From contig CAVQHI010000002.1 in the NCBI GenBank assembly GCA_963712305.1, positions 1,705,075 to 1,769,074 of the forward strand: a DNA stretch of 64,000 nt, written 5' to 3'. The notes beneath the pieces are model-generated. The model ran no database searches. It was given only the letters and a program-made list of their open reading frames with translations, and was not told the DNA's origin. The position numbers were made by a program, and so were the translations under genes. Numbering within the stretch: position 1 is the stretch's first letter; each line of letters begins with the position of its first letter. The DNA is from an uncultured bacterium (GTDB lineage: Bacteria; Bacteroidota; Rhodothermia; Balneolales; DATFMH01). Below are positions 1 through 9,530 of this stretch, piece after piece.

Positions 1-388
1 GTTTGATTTTACGACTCCAAAGAAGATTGGCCAGGATATTAATGCCGACAATCAGCAAATAAAATATGCACGTGGTTATGATGATAACTTTGTTCTGAAT
101 AAGCAGAAAGACTATGAGTTAAGTCTGGCTGCAAAAGTCTATGATCCAAATTCAGGTCGTGAACTTGACGTACTGACTACGGAACCGGGGATCCAGTTTT
201 ACAGCGGTAATTTCCTGGATGGCGTTACCGGAAAGGACGGTAAGAAGTACAACTACCGGAGTGCTTTTACCCTCGAAACACAGCACTATCCGGACTCTCC
301 CAACCACAGTAATTTTCCATCGACAGTGCTGAAACCAGGCCAGATCTATCATTCGATAACGATCTACCAGTTCGGCATTCATAAGTAA
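1..388 (+). CDS. galM: Aldose 1-epimerase (mutarotase), 5'-truncated by the window edge
   Basis: Not in the ORF track. Frame from base 2 reads FDFTTPKKIG...GYDDNFVL...TTEPGIQFYSGNFLDG...LETQHYPDSPN...FGIHK* (TAA 386-388), the typical GalM C-terminal motifs. Confidence 0.9.
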   Translation, partial: FDFTTPKKIGQDINADNQQIKYARGYDDNFVLNKQKDYELSLAAKVYDPNSGRELDVLTTEPGIQFYSGNFLDGVTGKDGKKYNYRSAFTLETQHYPDSPNHSNFPSTVLKPGQIYHSITIYQFGIHK

Positions 389-400
389 GTCCAAACCGCT

Positions 401-424
401 GGTACAGGCGTCCTCGCCTGTACC
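401..424. repeat. REP-like palindrome GGTACAGGCG-TCCT-CGCCTGTACC
   Basis: Perfect 10-bp inverted repeat just after the galM stop; no U-tract. Confidence 0.6.
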
Positions 425-461
425 ACAGGCACCTCCAAGGCATGGTTCAAGCAATTATGAA

Positions 462-1051
462 TTGCGATAGATCGATGGACCGATTGGAGAATTTTGATTT
501 AGTCCTTAAAAATAGATGTGATTAAAGGAGTTTTTAACTGATTAACTCGATCAATAATGTAAGGTATTCAATGTTATTGTTTCTTATTAATAAGACCTTA
601 ATTATCAATTTAATATAAGAAACATGGATAAAGCAGAATTGGAAGATCGGTTGATCGAATTTGCTGTAACGATCATTGACATAATAAATGAATTGCCTAA
701 TACAAAAGCCGGCAGTCATCTGTCTGGGCAATTGGTTCGATCAGGAACTTCACCGGCATTGAATTATGGTGAAGCACGTAGTGCTGAATCCCGGAAAGAC
801 TTCATTCACAAATTACAAGTGGTTTTGAAAGAACTCAGAGAATCACTGGTTGCCTTAAAGATTATCTTAAAAGCAAGATTATATAAAACAGATATTAAAT
901 TAAAACAAGCACTTGTAGAATGTAATGAACTCATTTCGATATTTGTAAAGAGTGTTCAAACCGTAAATAAAAGATAACTCAAACAATTCATCGTAAATAA
1001 TGAAAGTATTACCATTCACAAATCGGAAATCGGTCCAACGATCTATCGCAA
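462..1051. repeat. 24-bp inverted repeat pair (462-485 / 1028-1051) enclosing the four-helix-bundle gene
   Basis: TTGCGATAGATCGATGGACCGATT versus AATCGGTCCAACGATCTATCGCAA: 23/24 reverse-complement match. Confidence 0.85.
624..977 (+). CDS. Four helix bundle protein (23S rRNA intervening-sequence protein / Avd-like family)
   Basis: 117 aa with family motifs LEDRLIEFA, QLVRSGTSPALNYGEARSAESRKDFIHKL, LKELRES and ECNELISIF. Confidence 0.9.
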   Translation: MDKAELEDRLIEFAVTIIDIINELPNTKAGSHLSGQLVRSGTSPALNYGEARSAESRKDFIHKLQVVLKELRESLVALKIILKARLYKTDIKLKQALVECNELISIFVKSVQTVNKR

Positions 1052-1104
1052 ATCAAATAGAAAATCACATAATAGATTAAACAGTATCAATAAACTTATT
1101 TCCA

Positions 1105-2673
1105 ATGAAAAAGATGAACATACGAAACAAATGTCAGTATTTACTTACGCTGCTGTTCCTTTTGACAGGCTTTAGCTTTGCAACAGCTCAGCAGAAGGAC
1201 ACGGTCGTGGTCAATGCCGACCTTGGGCACGTAACGATCAGCAAGTACATCTACGGGCAGTTTGCCGAGGACCTGGGCCAGAGCATCTACGGCGGGGTCT
1301 GGGTCGGCCGGGATTCGGACATCCCCAACGTCGACGGGATCCGCAAGGATGTGGTCGAGGCCCTGCGCAAGCTGGACGTACCTGACGTGCGCTGGCCGGG
1401 CGGCTGCTTCGCCGACGAATACCACTGGAAGGACGGCATCGGTCCGGAAAGCTCGCGTCCCAAACGGGTCAACCTCTGGGGCAACGTGAGTGACAACAAC
1501 CACTTCGGTACCCACGAGTTCCTGGAGTTCTGCAAGCTGATCGGGGCCGAACCATACCTGGCCGGCAACGTAGGCAGCGGGACCCCGCGGGAGATGAAAC
1601 AGTGGGTCGAGTACCTGACCTATCCCGGGGACAGTCAGCTCTCCGAGCTTCGGGCAAAGAACGGACACCCGGATCCCTGGAAGATCAAATTCTGGGGCGT
1701 GGGTAACGAGAGCTGGGGCTGCGGGGGCAACATGACCCCGGAATACTACGCCGACCAGTACAAGCGCTACACCACCTATCTGCACAATTACGGGGGCAAC
1801 CACCTGTTCCGGATCGCCAGCGGACCGAACGGGGCGGACTACCACTGGACGGATGTGTTGATGAAGGATGTGGGCCGGCGCATGAACGGACTCTCTCTGC
1901 ACTATTACACCATCGCCGGACCGGGATGGGGAGACAAAGGTCCCTCAACAGGATTCGGGGAGAAACTGTATTTCGATGCCCTGAAGAAAGCAGCCTATAT
2001 GGATCAGATCGTGAGCCGCCACTCGGCGATCATGGACCGGTACGACCCGGACAAGCACGTGGCCCTTGTAGTTGATGAGTGGGGGATATGGACCGATGTG
2101 GTGCCGGGGACGAATCCCTCGTTTCTCTACCAGCAGAACTCGATGCGGGACGCCCTGGTGGCCTCGACGACCCTGGACATCTTCAACAAGCATGCCGACC
2201 GGGTGCGGATGGCCAACATTGCCCAGATGGTGGATGTGTTGCAGTCGATGATCCTGACCAAGGGCAAGCAGATGGTGCTGACCCCGACCTACTATGTGTT
2301 CCAGATGTACAAGAAACATATGGAGGCGACCTATCTGCCGATCCACATCAGCTCGAAGAACTACACCTACGATGGGGATTCGATGCCGGCCATCAGTGCG
2401 ACAGCGTCTAAGGATTCGACAGGTTCAATTCATCTGACCATCAGCAATATTGATCCATCGAAGAAACAATCGGTTGTTATTGACTTGAGAGGCGTAAATC
2501 TTCATTCGGTAGAGAATGGACAAGTTCTGACAGCTAAGAGTTTTGATACTGTTAATACGTTTGATCATCCGGATAACGTAAAGCCGGAATCATTCAAAGG
2601 TGCCAAACTCCGAAACGGCAAGCTTACAATTGAAATGCCACCAATGTCGATCGTATCTCTCGACCTGAAGTGA
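1105..2673 (+). CDS. abfA: Alpha-L-arabinofuranosidase, GH51, secreted
   Basis: Signal peptide; [31 protein letters not shown] and VDEWG motifs. Confidence 0.93.
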   Translation: MKKMNIRNKCQYLLTLLFLLTGFSFATAQQKDTVVVNADLGHVTISKYIYGQFAEDLGQSIYGGVWVGRDSDIPNVDGIRKDVVEALRKLDVPDVRWPGGCFADEYHWKDGIGPESSRPKRVNLWGNVSDNNHFGTHEFLEFCKLIGAEPYLAGNVGSGTPREMKQWVEYLTYPGDSQLSELRAKNGHPDPWKIKFWGVGNESWGCGGNMTPEYYADQYKRYTTYLHNYGGNHLFRIASGPNGADYHWTDVLMKDVGRRMNGLSLHYYTIAGPGWGDKGPSTGFGEKLYFDALKKAAYMDQIVSRHSAIMDRYDPDKHVALVVDEWGIWTDVVPGTNPSFLYQQNSMRDALVASTTLDIFNKHADRVRMANIAQMVDVLQSMILTKGKQMVLTPTYYVFQMYKKHMEATYLPIHISSKNYTYDGDSMPAISATASKDSTGSIHLTISNIDPSKKQSVVIDLRGVNLHSVENGQVLTAKSFDTVNTFDHPDNVKPESFKGAKLRNGKLTIEMPPMSIVSLDLK

Positions 2674-2746
2674 GGGGTATGATACAGGTGTTTAACTAAG
2701 ATTTAGTATATGTAAATGACAGAGTAATCATAAAATGGAGTAGAAA

Positions 2747-3790
2747 ATGGCGTGTGAAACTAAAATATCGTTGAGAAGTAAGATTATACGAAGGTCGTAT
2801 TCGCCATTTTCTCTCTTCATAGTTCTGGGATTCCTGCTCTTGACCACCGTCCGTACTCATGCTCAATCAGTTGATATACGTGTGCATGACCCGGTGATGA
2901 TAAAACAAGGGAATACTTATTATGTATTCTGTACAGGTCCCGGAATAACTGTTTACTCCTCACGGGATATGAAGAACTGGAAGCGTGAACATCATGTCTT
3001 CGATAAAGCTCCGGACTGGACACAAAAGATCGTTCCGGGTTTCCGCAATTTCGAGTGGGCCCCGGACATTTCATTTCATAATGGTAAGTACTACCTGTAC
3101 TACGCAGTATCAGCTTTCGGAAAGAACACATCTGCCATTGGTCTGGCTACGAATACCACACTCGATTCGGCCGATCCGAACTATCATTGGAAAGATCTTG
3201 GATATGTTATTCAATCGGTGCCTGGGAGAGATTTATGGAATGCCATCGATCCCAATCTCATTCTTGATGAATCAGGTACAGCATGGCTGGATTTCGGCTC
3301 TTTTTGGCATGGTATTAAACTGGTCAAAATGGCCCCGGATTTAACCAAAATCGCGCAGCCGCAGGAATGGCATACCATAGCCAGCAGGGCAAGAAATTGG
3401 AAAGTGCCCGATGCAAAACCGGGGGATGCTGCAATCGAGGCACCATTCATTTTTCATAAAAGGAACTACTACTATTTGTTCGTTTCGTTTGATTATTGCT
3501 GCCGTGGCGTGAATAGCAACTACAAGGTTATGGTCGGCAGATCGGATAAAGTGACAGGTCCCTATGTTGATAAAGATGGTGTTAAAATGAGGGATGGAGG
3601 CGGTACACTCTTGTTGCAAGGAAACAAGCAATGGCCGGGTGTGGGACACGAAGGTGTCTATACATTTGACGGCACCGACTACATTATCTTCCACGGGTAT
3701 GATGCTTCTGATAAAGGTAAATCCAAATTATGGATCGAACGGTTGCACTGGACTAAGAATGGATGGCCTGAGGCCTCGCTCAAAGAATGA
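2747..3790 (+). CDS. Arabinan endo-1,5-alpha-L-arabinanase, GH43
   Basis: VHDP, WAPD, NAIDP, FGSFW, IEAP and SFDYCCRG motifs; signal-peptide-like N-terminus. Confidence 0.9.
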   Translation: MACETKISLRSKIIRRSYSPFSLFIVLGFLLLTTVRTHAQSVDIRVHDPVMIKQGNTYYVFCTGPGITVYSSRDMKNWKREHHVFDKAPDWTQKIVPGFRNFEWAPDISFHNGKYYLYYAVSAFGKNTSAIGLATNTTLDSADPNYHWKDLGYVIQSVPGRDLWNAIDPNLILDESGTAWLDFGSFWHGIKLVKMAPDLTKIAQPQEWHTIASRARNWKVPDAKPGDAAIEAPFIFHKRNYYYLFVSFDYCCRGVNSNYKVMVGRSDKVTGPYVDKDGVKMRDGGGTLLLQGNKQWPGVGHEGVYTFDGTDYIIFHGYDASDKGKSKLWIERLHWTKNGWPEASLKE

Positions 3791-3839
3791 TATCAGCGAC
3801 AGATATCTAAAAACAGAGGCATGCAATAAGACTCAGTAA

Positions 3840-6800
3840 ATGACATCAAAAGATTCCATTTGGAAACCAGGATCGGGATTATTCTTGATGGTACTTCTAA
3901 TCTCAGCCTGCTCATACCGACAACCTCCGCTGACATGGCATGAGGGTAAGGGGTTTCGCTGGGCTGGTTTGGCACATGGTTCTGATGGGGTTGGATTCAG
4001 GAAATTGGATTCCGATAAAACGGGCATCACTTTTGAAAATCATCTTTCTGAAGATGAGATTGTTAAGAATCGAAACTTGCTCAACGGATCGGGTGTTGCG
4101 GCCGGTGATGTAGATGGGGACGGCTTGGTGGATTTATACTTTGCACAACTCGATGGTCCCAACAAGCTGTATAAAAATCTGGGTGGATTCAGATTCAGAG
4201 ATATTACGAAAGAAGCTGGCCTGGCCCATAAGGGATACTTGTCAACAGGGGTTACGTTTGCCGATGTGGATGGCGATGGTGATCTGGATTTACTGGTTAC
4301 CTCACTCGCACAGGGAAACGTGATCTATTTAAATGACGGGAAAGGACATTTCACACTTGATAAGAACAGCGGTTTAAAAGGCAAAAAGGGAAGCATGTCA
4401 ATGGCCCTGGCCGATATCGATGGCGATGGCGACCTGGACTTGTATATTGCCAATTATAAAGAAGAGGCTGTCAGAGATTTATATAGTCCCTCTCAACTGG
4501 TACTTACAAAAATTGTTAAAAAGGATGGAGACAACTACTCGGTGATTCCACCTTTCGACAAGTATTACACCGTTATTAATGCTCCGGACGGACCAAAATT
4601 ACGAGAGACCGGGGAAGATGACGAACTTTATCTCAATGATGGAAAAGGACACTTTTCGAGAGTTCGGGATGTGGCGGATCGTTTTCTCGATGAAAATGGA
4701 AAACCGGAGGGCTTTAAACCCGATTGGGGACTTACTGCGAAATTCCAGGATCTGAATAATGATGGTCTTCCCGATCTCTATGTGTGTAATGATTTCTGGA
4801 CTCCTGACCGTATCTGGATCAACCAGGAAAACGGGACTTTCAAAGCGCTGAGTAATTTGGCGGTTAGAACCATGAGTTTTTCTTCCATGTCGGTTGATTT
4901 TTCGGATATTAACCGTGATGGCATCACAGATTTCTTTGTAACCGAAATGCTAAGTCCGGATCACAGGACACGAATGCGGCAGTTTGCTTCCTATCCGCCC
5001 GTGATGCCAGGGATCGGTGATATTGAGAGTCATCCGCAGTATACGAGAAACACAATGTTTCTGGGCCGTAAAGATGGCACCTATGCTGAAATAGCACAAT
5101 ACAGTGGTGTTGATGCCACCGGCTGGTCATGGGCCACTAATTTTCTTGATGTTGACCTTGACGGTTACGAGGATTTGGTCATAAATACGGGTAATGCATA
5201 TGATGAACTCGACATGGATACGCAGGAATACATCGGACAATTGAGCAAAAAGAATAATGGAAATATAAAAGGATACATATTAAGGTATCCGCCATTGAAA
5301 CTGTCCAATGTGATCCTTAGAAACAATCATGATCTTACTTTTTCGGACAAGAGCAAGGCCTGGGGATTTGGTGAAAAAGATGTATCCAACGGGATGGCAC
5401 TTGCCGATCTGGATAACGACGGCGACCTGGATATTGTGGATAATCGACTGAATGAAGAAGCTGGTGTTTACGAAAACACCGCCTCTGCGCCACGTATAGC
5501 TGTTCGGTTAAGAGGTCAAAAACCAAATACACAAGGTATTGGAGCCAAAATTGAACTTTTTGGGAAACCGGTTAAACAAACAAAGCAAATCGAAGCTGGT
5601 GGAGGGTACCTTTCGGGATCAGAAGCTGAGGCTGTATTTGCAGCACGTAGTGACGATTCAGACCACAAGATCATTGTTACATGGCCATCTGGAGTACAAA
5701 CTATTGTTGATAGTGTGAAGGGGGACAGGATTTATGAGATATCAGAACCGGATCATAAGAACTTGTCACCTGGTGAACCGGCGAAGAAGATGGAACAAAA
5801 GGTAGTACATCCAATCTTCCGGGATGTTTCTGACAGAATTAATCATAGACATCATGAGGAGCAGTATGATGATTTCAAGGTTCAGCCGCTGCTGCCGGTC
5901 AAGCTTAGCCAATTAGGTCCCGGTATTGCCTGGATCGATTACAATCATGATGGATATGATGATTTGTTCATAGGCAGTGGGAAAGGTGGCAATCTGGATG
6001 TTTATCAAAATCTCGGAAGTGGTCGTTTTAGACTTAGACATCTGAGCAAAATTTCAGAGAAAGCACCTGGTGATGAGACGGCAATCATAGGATGGAATAC
6101 GCAAAAAAGAACGACGGTTCTAGTGGGTAGTTCAAACTATGAGCAAAAAGACAGAGCCAAAGTTCCAGCGGCTTACCAATACTCAATAAGTGGCAATAAC
6201 ATCTCAGAAACTGGGAGAATACCTGGTAGTGTGTCTTCAACAGGAACCTTGGCTGCAGCTGACGTGGATGGGGACGGGGATTTGGATCTGTTCGTCGGTG
6301 GTCGTTTCGTTCCTGGCCATTACCCGATGGATGCGACGTCAAGATTGTATCTAAATGATCGAGGCCATTTCAGTCTTGACCAACAAGATACATCCGTATT
6401 TAAAAATATAGGTTTGGTCACGAATGCCGTGTTTACCGACTATGATCAGGATGGTGATCCCGATCTTTTGTGCAGTACTTCCTGGGGATCGATAAAATTA
6501 TTCAGGAATGACCACGGTGTCTTTCATGATGTTACCAAAGAGGTTGGCCTGGATAATTATGAAGGATGGTGGAATGGTATTGCAATGGGCGATTTCAACA
6601 ATGACGGATTACCTGATTTTGTTGCGACAAACAGGGGATTAAATACTGACTACCATGTTGTTGATGATCATCCTATAAAATTATTCTATGGTGACTTTAC
6701 GCACAACAATCGAACGGAAATTCTGGAAGCAAATTACGATTCTTCATTTAATGCGTATGTTCCCAGAAAGGATTTGTATTCTATTTATCAGTCGATACCG

Positions 6801-7556
6801 AATATCCTGAGGTATGTGAAATCGTACAGGCAGTTCGCAAACTCTACCCTAAGAGAATTACTGGGACAAAATCTTGCCTACGTTTCATCCAAAGAGATCA
6901 ATACGCTTCAGACTATGATTTTTATAAATAATGGAAAAGGGTTTACTGCTCATCCATTACCACTGGAAGCCCAGTTATCAGCAAATTTTTATGCCGGTGT
7001 CGTTGATTTTAATAATGACGGAAATGAGGATATATTCCTGAGTCAGAACTTTTACGCATTGCCCAAATTAACCTCCCGCTTCGATACCGGAAGGGGACTA
7101 TGGCTGGAGGGAGACGGGAAGGGTAGTTTCAAAGCCATATCAGGAGATGTCTCCGGAATTAAAATTTATGGTGAACAGAGAGGAGCCGCACTCGGTGATT
7201 TCAACAACGACGGAAAGATCGATCTGGCAGTGTCGCAGAACGGTGCAGCAACCAAGCTGTATCTTAATGCCACAAATAAAACCGGTTACGTCGTACGTTT
7301 GGTGGGTCGTTCGAAAAACAGGAATGCCGTCGGTTCCAGCATCAGGTTGGTTTATACGGATGGTAGCAGCGGGCCGAGGCGAGAAGTTCAGGCCGGATCA
7401 GGATATTGGTCTCAAAACAGCTACACTCAAATCCTGGGTTTCCAGGATTTGAAACAACCATCAAAGATCGAGGTAATCTGGCCAAATGGAAAACGACAGG
7501 TCGTACCTATCGAAAAGAATAGAATGAAATACATTATTAATTACCCGGGGAAATAA
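3840..7556 (+). CDS. FG-GAP/VCBS-repeat, ASPIC-UnbV (CRTAC1-like) lipoprotein
   Basis: Lipobox-like ISAC; many D-x-D-G-D-G-D-L-D repeats; two UnbV-like segments (GGGYLSG...VTWPSG and GSGYWSQ...VIWPNG). Confidence 0.85.
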   Translation: MTSKDSIWKPGSGLFLMVLLISACSYRQPPLTWHEGKGFRWAGLAHGSDGVGFRKLDSDKTGITFENHLSEDEIVKNRNLLNGSGVAAGDVDGDGLVDLYFAQLDGPNKLYKNLGGFRFRDITKEAGLAHKGYLSTGVTFADVDGDGDLDLLVTSLAQGNVIYLNDGKGHFTLDKNSGLKGKKGSMSMALADIDGDGDLDLYIANYKEEAVRDLYSPSQLVLTKIVKKDGDNYSVIPPFDKYYTVINAPDGPKLRETGEDDELYLNDGKGHFSRVRDVADRFLDENGKPEGFKPDWGLTAKFQDLNNDGLPDLYVCNDFWTPDRIWINQENGTFKALSNLAVRTMSFSSMSVDFSDINRDGITDFFVTEMLSPDHRTRMRQFASYPPVMPGIGDIESHPQYTRNTMFLGRKDGTYAEIAQYSGVDATGWSWATNFLDVDLDGYEDLVINTGNAYDELDMDTQEYIGQLSKKNNGNIKGYILRYPPLKLSNVILRNNHDLTFSDKSKAWGFGEKDVSNGMALADLDNDGDLDIVDNRLNEEAGVYENTASAPRIAVRLRGQKPNTQGIGAKIELFGKPVKQTKQIEAGGGYLSGSEAEAVFAARSDDSDHKIIVTWPSGVQTIVDSVKGDRIYEISEPDHKNLSPGEPAKKMEQKVVHPIFRDVSDRINHRHHEEQYDDFKVQPLLPVKLSQLGPGIAWIDYNHDGYDDLFIGSGKGGNLDVYQNLGSGRFRLRHLSKISEKAPGDETAIIGWNTQKRTTVLVGSSNYEQKDRAKVPAAYQYSISGNNISETGRIPGSVSSTGTLAAADVDGDGDLDLFVGGRFVPGHYPMDATSRLYLNDRGHFSLDQQDTSVFKNIGLVTNAVFTDYDQDGDPDLLCSTSWGSIKLFRNDHGVFHDVTKEVGLDNYEGWWNGIAMGDFNNDGLPDFVATNRGLNTDYHVVDDHPIKLFYGDFTHNNRTEILEANYDSSFNAYVPRKDLYSIYQSIPNILRYVKSYRQFANSTLRELLGQNLAYVSSKEINTLQTMIFINNGKGFTAHPLPLEAQLSANFYAGVVDFNNDGNEDIFLSQNFYALPKLTSRFDTGRGLWLEGDGKGSFKAISGDVSGIKIYGEQRGAALGDFNNDGKIDLAVSQNGAATKLYLNATNKTGYVVRLVGRSKNRNAVGSSIRLVYTDGSSGPRREVQAGSGYWSQNSYTQILGFQDLKQPSKIEVIWPNGKRQVVPIEKNRMKYIINYPGK

Positions 7557-7568
7557 TCCTTTGAAGTA

Positions 7569-9521
7569 ATGATTAAGAAGATATACACCTTTGTTATTGC
7601 AGCGCTGATATTTGCGTCGTGCTCATCCCTCAAAAAGAAATATGAGGTTAAGAGTCCGGATGGTCAGCTTTCGGTTGAATTCTCAATGTCACCCGATCAC
7701 ATGGCCTTGTATCGAATTCAACGGGAAGATTCTGTGGTTCTTCAGAACTCGCACCTTGGGGTCGTTCGAAACGACGGAGATTTCTCCCAAAATCTGAAGC
7801 TTGAATCGGTATCCGATGTTAAACCGGTTAGTGAAAGCTACACGATGAGAACGGGCAAGAGAAAGAACCGAACGTATCATGCCAACGAGCAGACCTACCG
7901 TCTGTCAAATGTTTCGGGTGATGAAATGGACATCACATTCAGGGTTTCGAACGATGGCGTTGCTTTTCGTTATCATTTCCCCGGCTCGAGTTCTGAGGAC
8001 AAGGAGATAGAGAAAGAGACGACATCCTTTCATTTCACAGGTTCAGCTAAGGCATGGCTGCAACCTATGGACAGCGCTAAATCGGGCTGGCGGCGGACCA
8101 ATCCATCGTATGAAGAAGATTACCTGCAGGGCATCGCTGTTGGCACGCCATCGCCTTCAGCAGCCGGTTGGGTATTCCCGGCGCTGTTTAAATCAGGATC
8201 CAACTGGGTCGTGATTACCGAAGCGGGTTTAGACAGTACGTACTGTGCCTCGAGGCTGCAACAAAAATCGCCGAATGGTGAGTATCGGCTTGGCTTTCCA
8301 GATAAAGCAGAGGTATTTCCAGGTGGGGGATACAAGCCTAAAGCAAAGTTGCCGTGGAGCTCTCCATGGCGGATTATAGCTGTTGGATCGATGAAAACGA
8401 TTATGGAGTCGACCTTAGGCACTGATCTTGCAAAGCCGGCAGTAAAAATGGACTCTGCTTTTATTAAACCTGGTCGGGCGTCGTGGAGCTGGGCGCTGCT
8501 TAAAGACAACTCGATCGTATACGATGTCCAGAAACGGTTCATCGATTATGCCTCCGACATGCACTGGGAATATTGTCTGGTTGATGTGAACTGGGATACG
8601 ACAATTGGTTATGATCGGATTGCTGATCTTGCCAGGTATGCAGCCAAAAAGAACGTCGGACTCATCCTCTGGTACAATTCTTCCGGGAGCTGGAATACAA
8701 CGACCTATCATCCGAAGAGTAAACTGCTCACTCATGCCGATCGTGTTATGGAATTCAGCAGGCTTGAAAAGATGGGTATTAAGGGTGTTAAAGTCGATTT
8801 TTTCGGCGGGGACGGCGAGTCGATGATAAAGTATTATCTGGATATCCTGAAGGATGCGGCGACCTATCATCTCCTGGTCAATTTTCATGGAGCGACGTTG
8901 CCTCGTGGATGGGAACGAACATATCCAAATCTGATGACGATGGAAGCCGTGCGTGGTTTCGAGTACATCACATTCACCCAGGAGGATGCTGACAGGGAAC
9001 CCAACCATTGCACGATGCTACCGTTCACGCGAAACATATTTGACCCTATGGACTTCACTCCAATGAGCCTGTACAAAATTCCACGGATTGAAAGGCAAAC
9101 AACAGACGGGTTTGAATTGGCGCTCCCGGTGATTTTTACATCAGGTATCCAGCACTTTGCAGAGACCCCGGAAGGTATGTCCCATATGCCTGATTATGTG
9201 AAAAACTTTCTCAGGAAAGTCCCTGTGCACTGGGATGATACCCGATTCATAACCGGCTATCCTGGAAAACTCGTCGTTCTTGCACGGAAGTCTCAGGGAA
9301 CCTGGTATGTGGCAGGTATTAATGGTGAGGACTCGACCAAAGCAGTATCCGTGAATCTCTCGTTCCTGCAATATGGGCAACACGGGACTCTAATTACTGA
9401 TTCTGATTCAAAGATGCCGTTTTCAGAACAGGATGTTACCGTTCCTGCGAGCAAAACCCTGACTATCAATCTTCAGCGGAATGGTGGATTTGTCATCGTA
9501 TGGAAAAAGCAACAGATGTAG
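7569..9521 (+). CDS. Glycoside hydrolase family 97, lipoprotein
   Basis: FASC lipobox; VKSPDG, KPGRASWSW, GVKVDFF, NFHG, EAVRG and MDFTP motifs. Confidence 0.9.
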   Translation: MIKKIYTFVIAALIFASCSSLKKKYEVKSPDGQLSVEFSMSPDHMALYRIQREDSVVLQNSHLGVVRNDGDFSQNLKLESVSDVKPVSESYTMRTGKRKNRTYHANEQTYRLSNVSGDEMDITFRVSNDGVAFRYHFPGSSSEDKEIEKETTSFHFTGSAKAWLQPMDSAKSGWRRTNPSYEEDYLQGIAVGTPSPSAAGWVFPALFKSGSNWVVITEAGLDSTYCASRLQQKSPNGEYRLGFPDKAEVFPGGGYKPKAKLPWSSPWRIIAVGSMKTIMESTLGTDLAKPAVKMDSAFIKPGRASWSWALLKDNSIVYDVQKRFIDYASDMHWEYCLVDVNWDTTIGYDRIADLARYAAKKNVGLILWYNSSGSWNTTTYHPKSKLLTHADRVMEFSRLEKMGIKGVKVDFFGGDGESMIKYYLDILKDAATYHLLVNFHGATLPRGWERTYPNLMTMEAVRGFEYITFTQEDADREPNHCTMLPFTRNIFDPMDFTPMSLYKIPRIERQTTDGFELALPVIFTSGIQHFAETPEGMSHMPDYVKNFLRKVPVHWDDTRFITGYPGKLVVLARKSQGTWYVAGINGEDSTKAVSVNLSFLQYGQHGTLITDSDSKMPFSEQDVTVPASKTLTINLQRNGGFVIVWKKQQM

Positions 9522-9530
9522 CAAGCATAA

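Noticed and set aside
152-454. 100-aa minus-strand ORF
   Set aside because: Antisense to the clear galM C-terminus on the plus strand.
624-977. Diversity-generating retroelement or 23S rRNA intervening sequence
   Set aside because: No reverse transcriptase or TR/VR pair is visible, and the flanks are protein-coding genes, not rRNA.
1141-2411. Long alternative-frame and antisense ORFs over the GH51 gene (e.g. 1141-1902 minus, 253 aa)
   Set aside because: Shadow ORFs expected from the GC3-rich codon usage of this block; no recognisable motifs.
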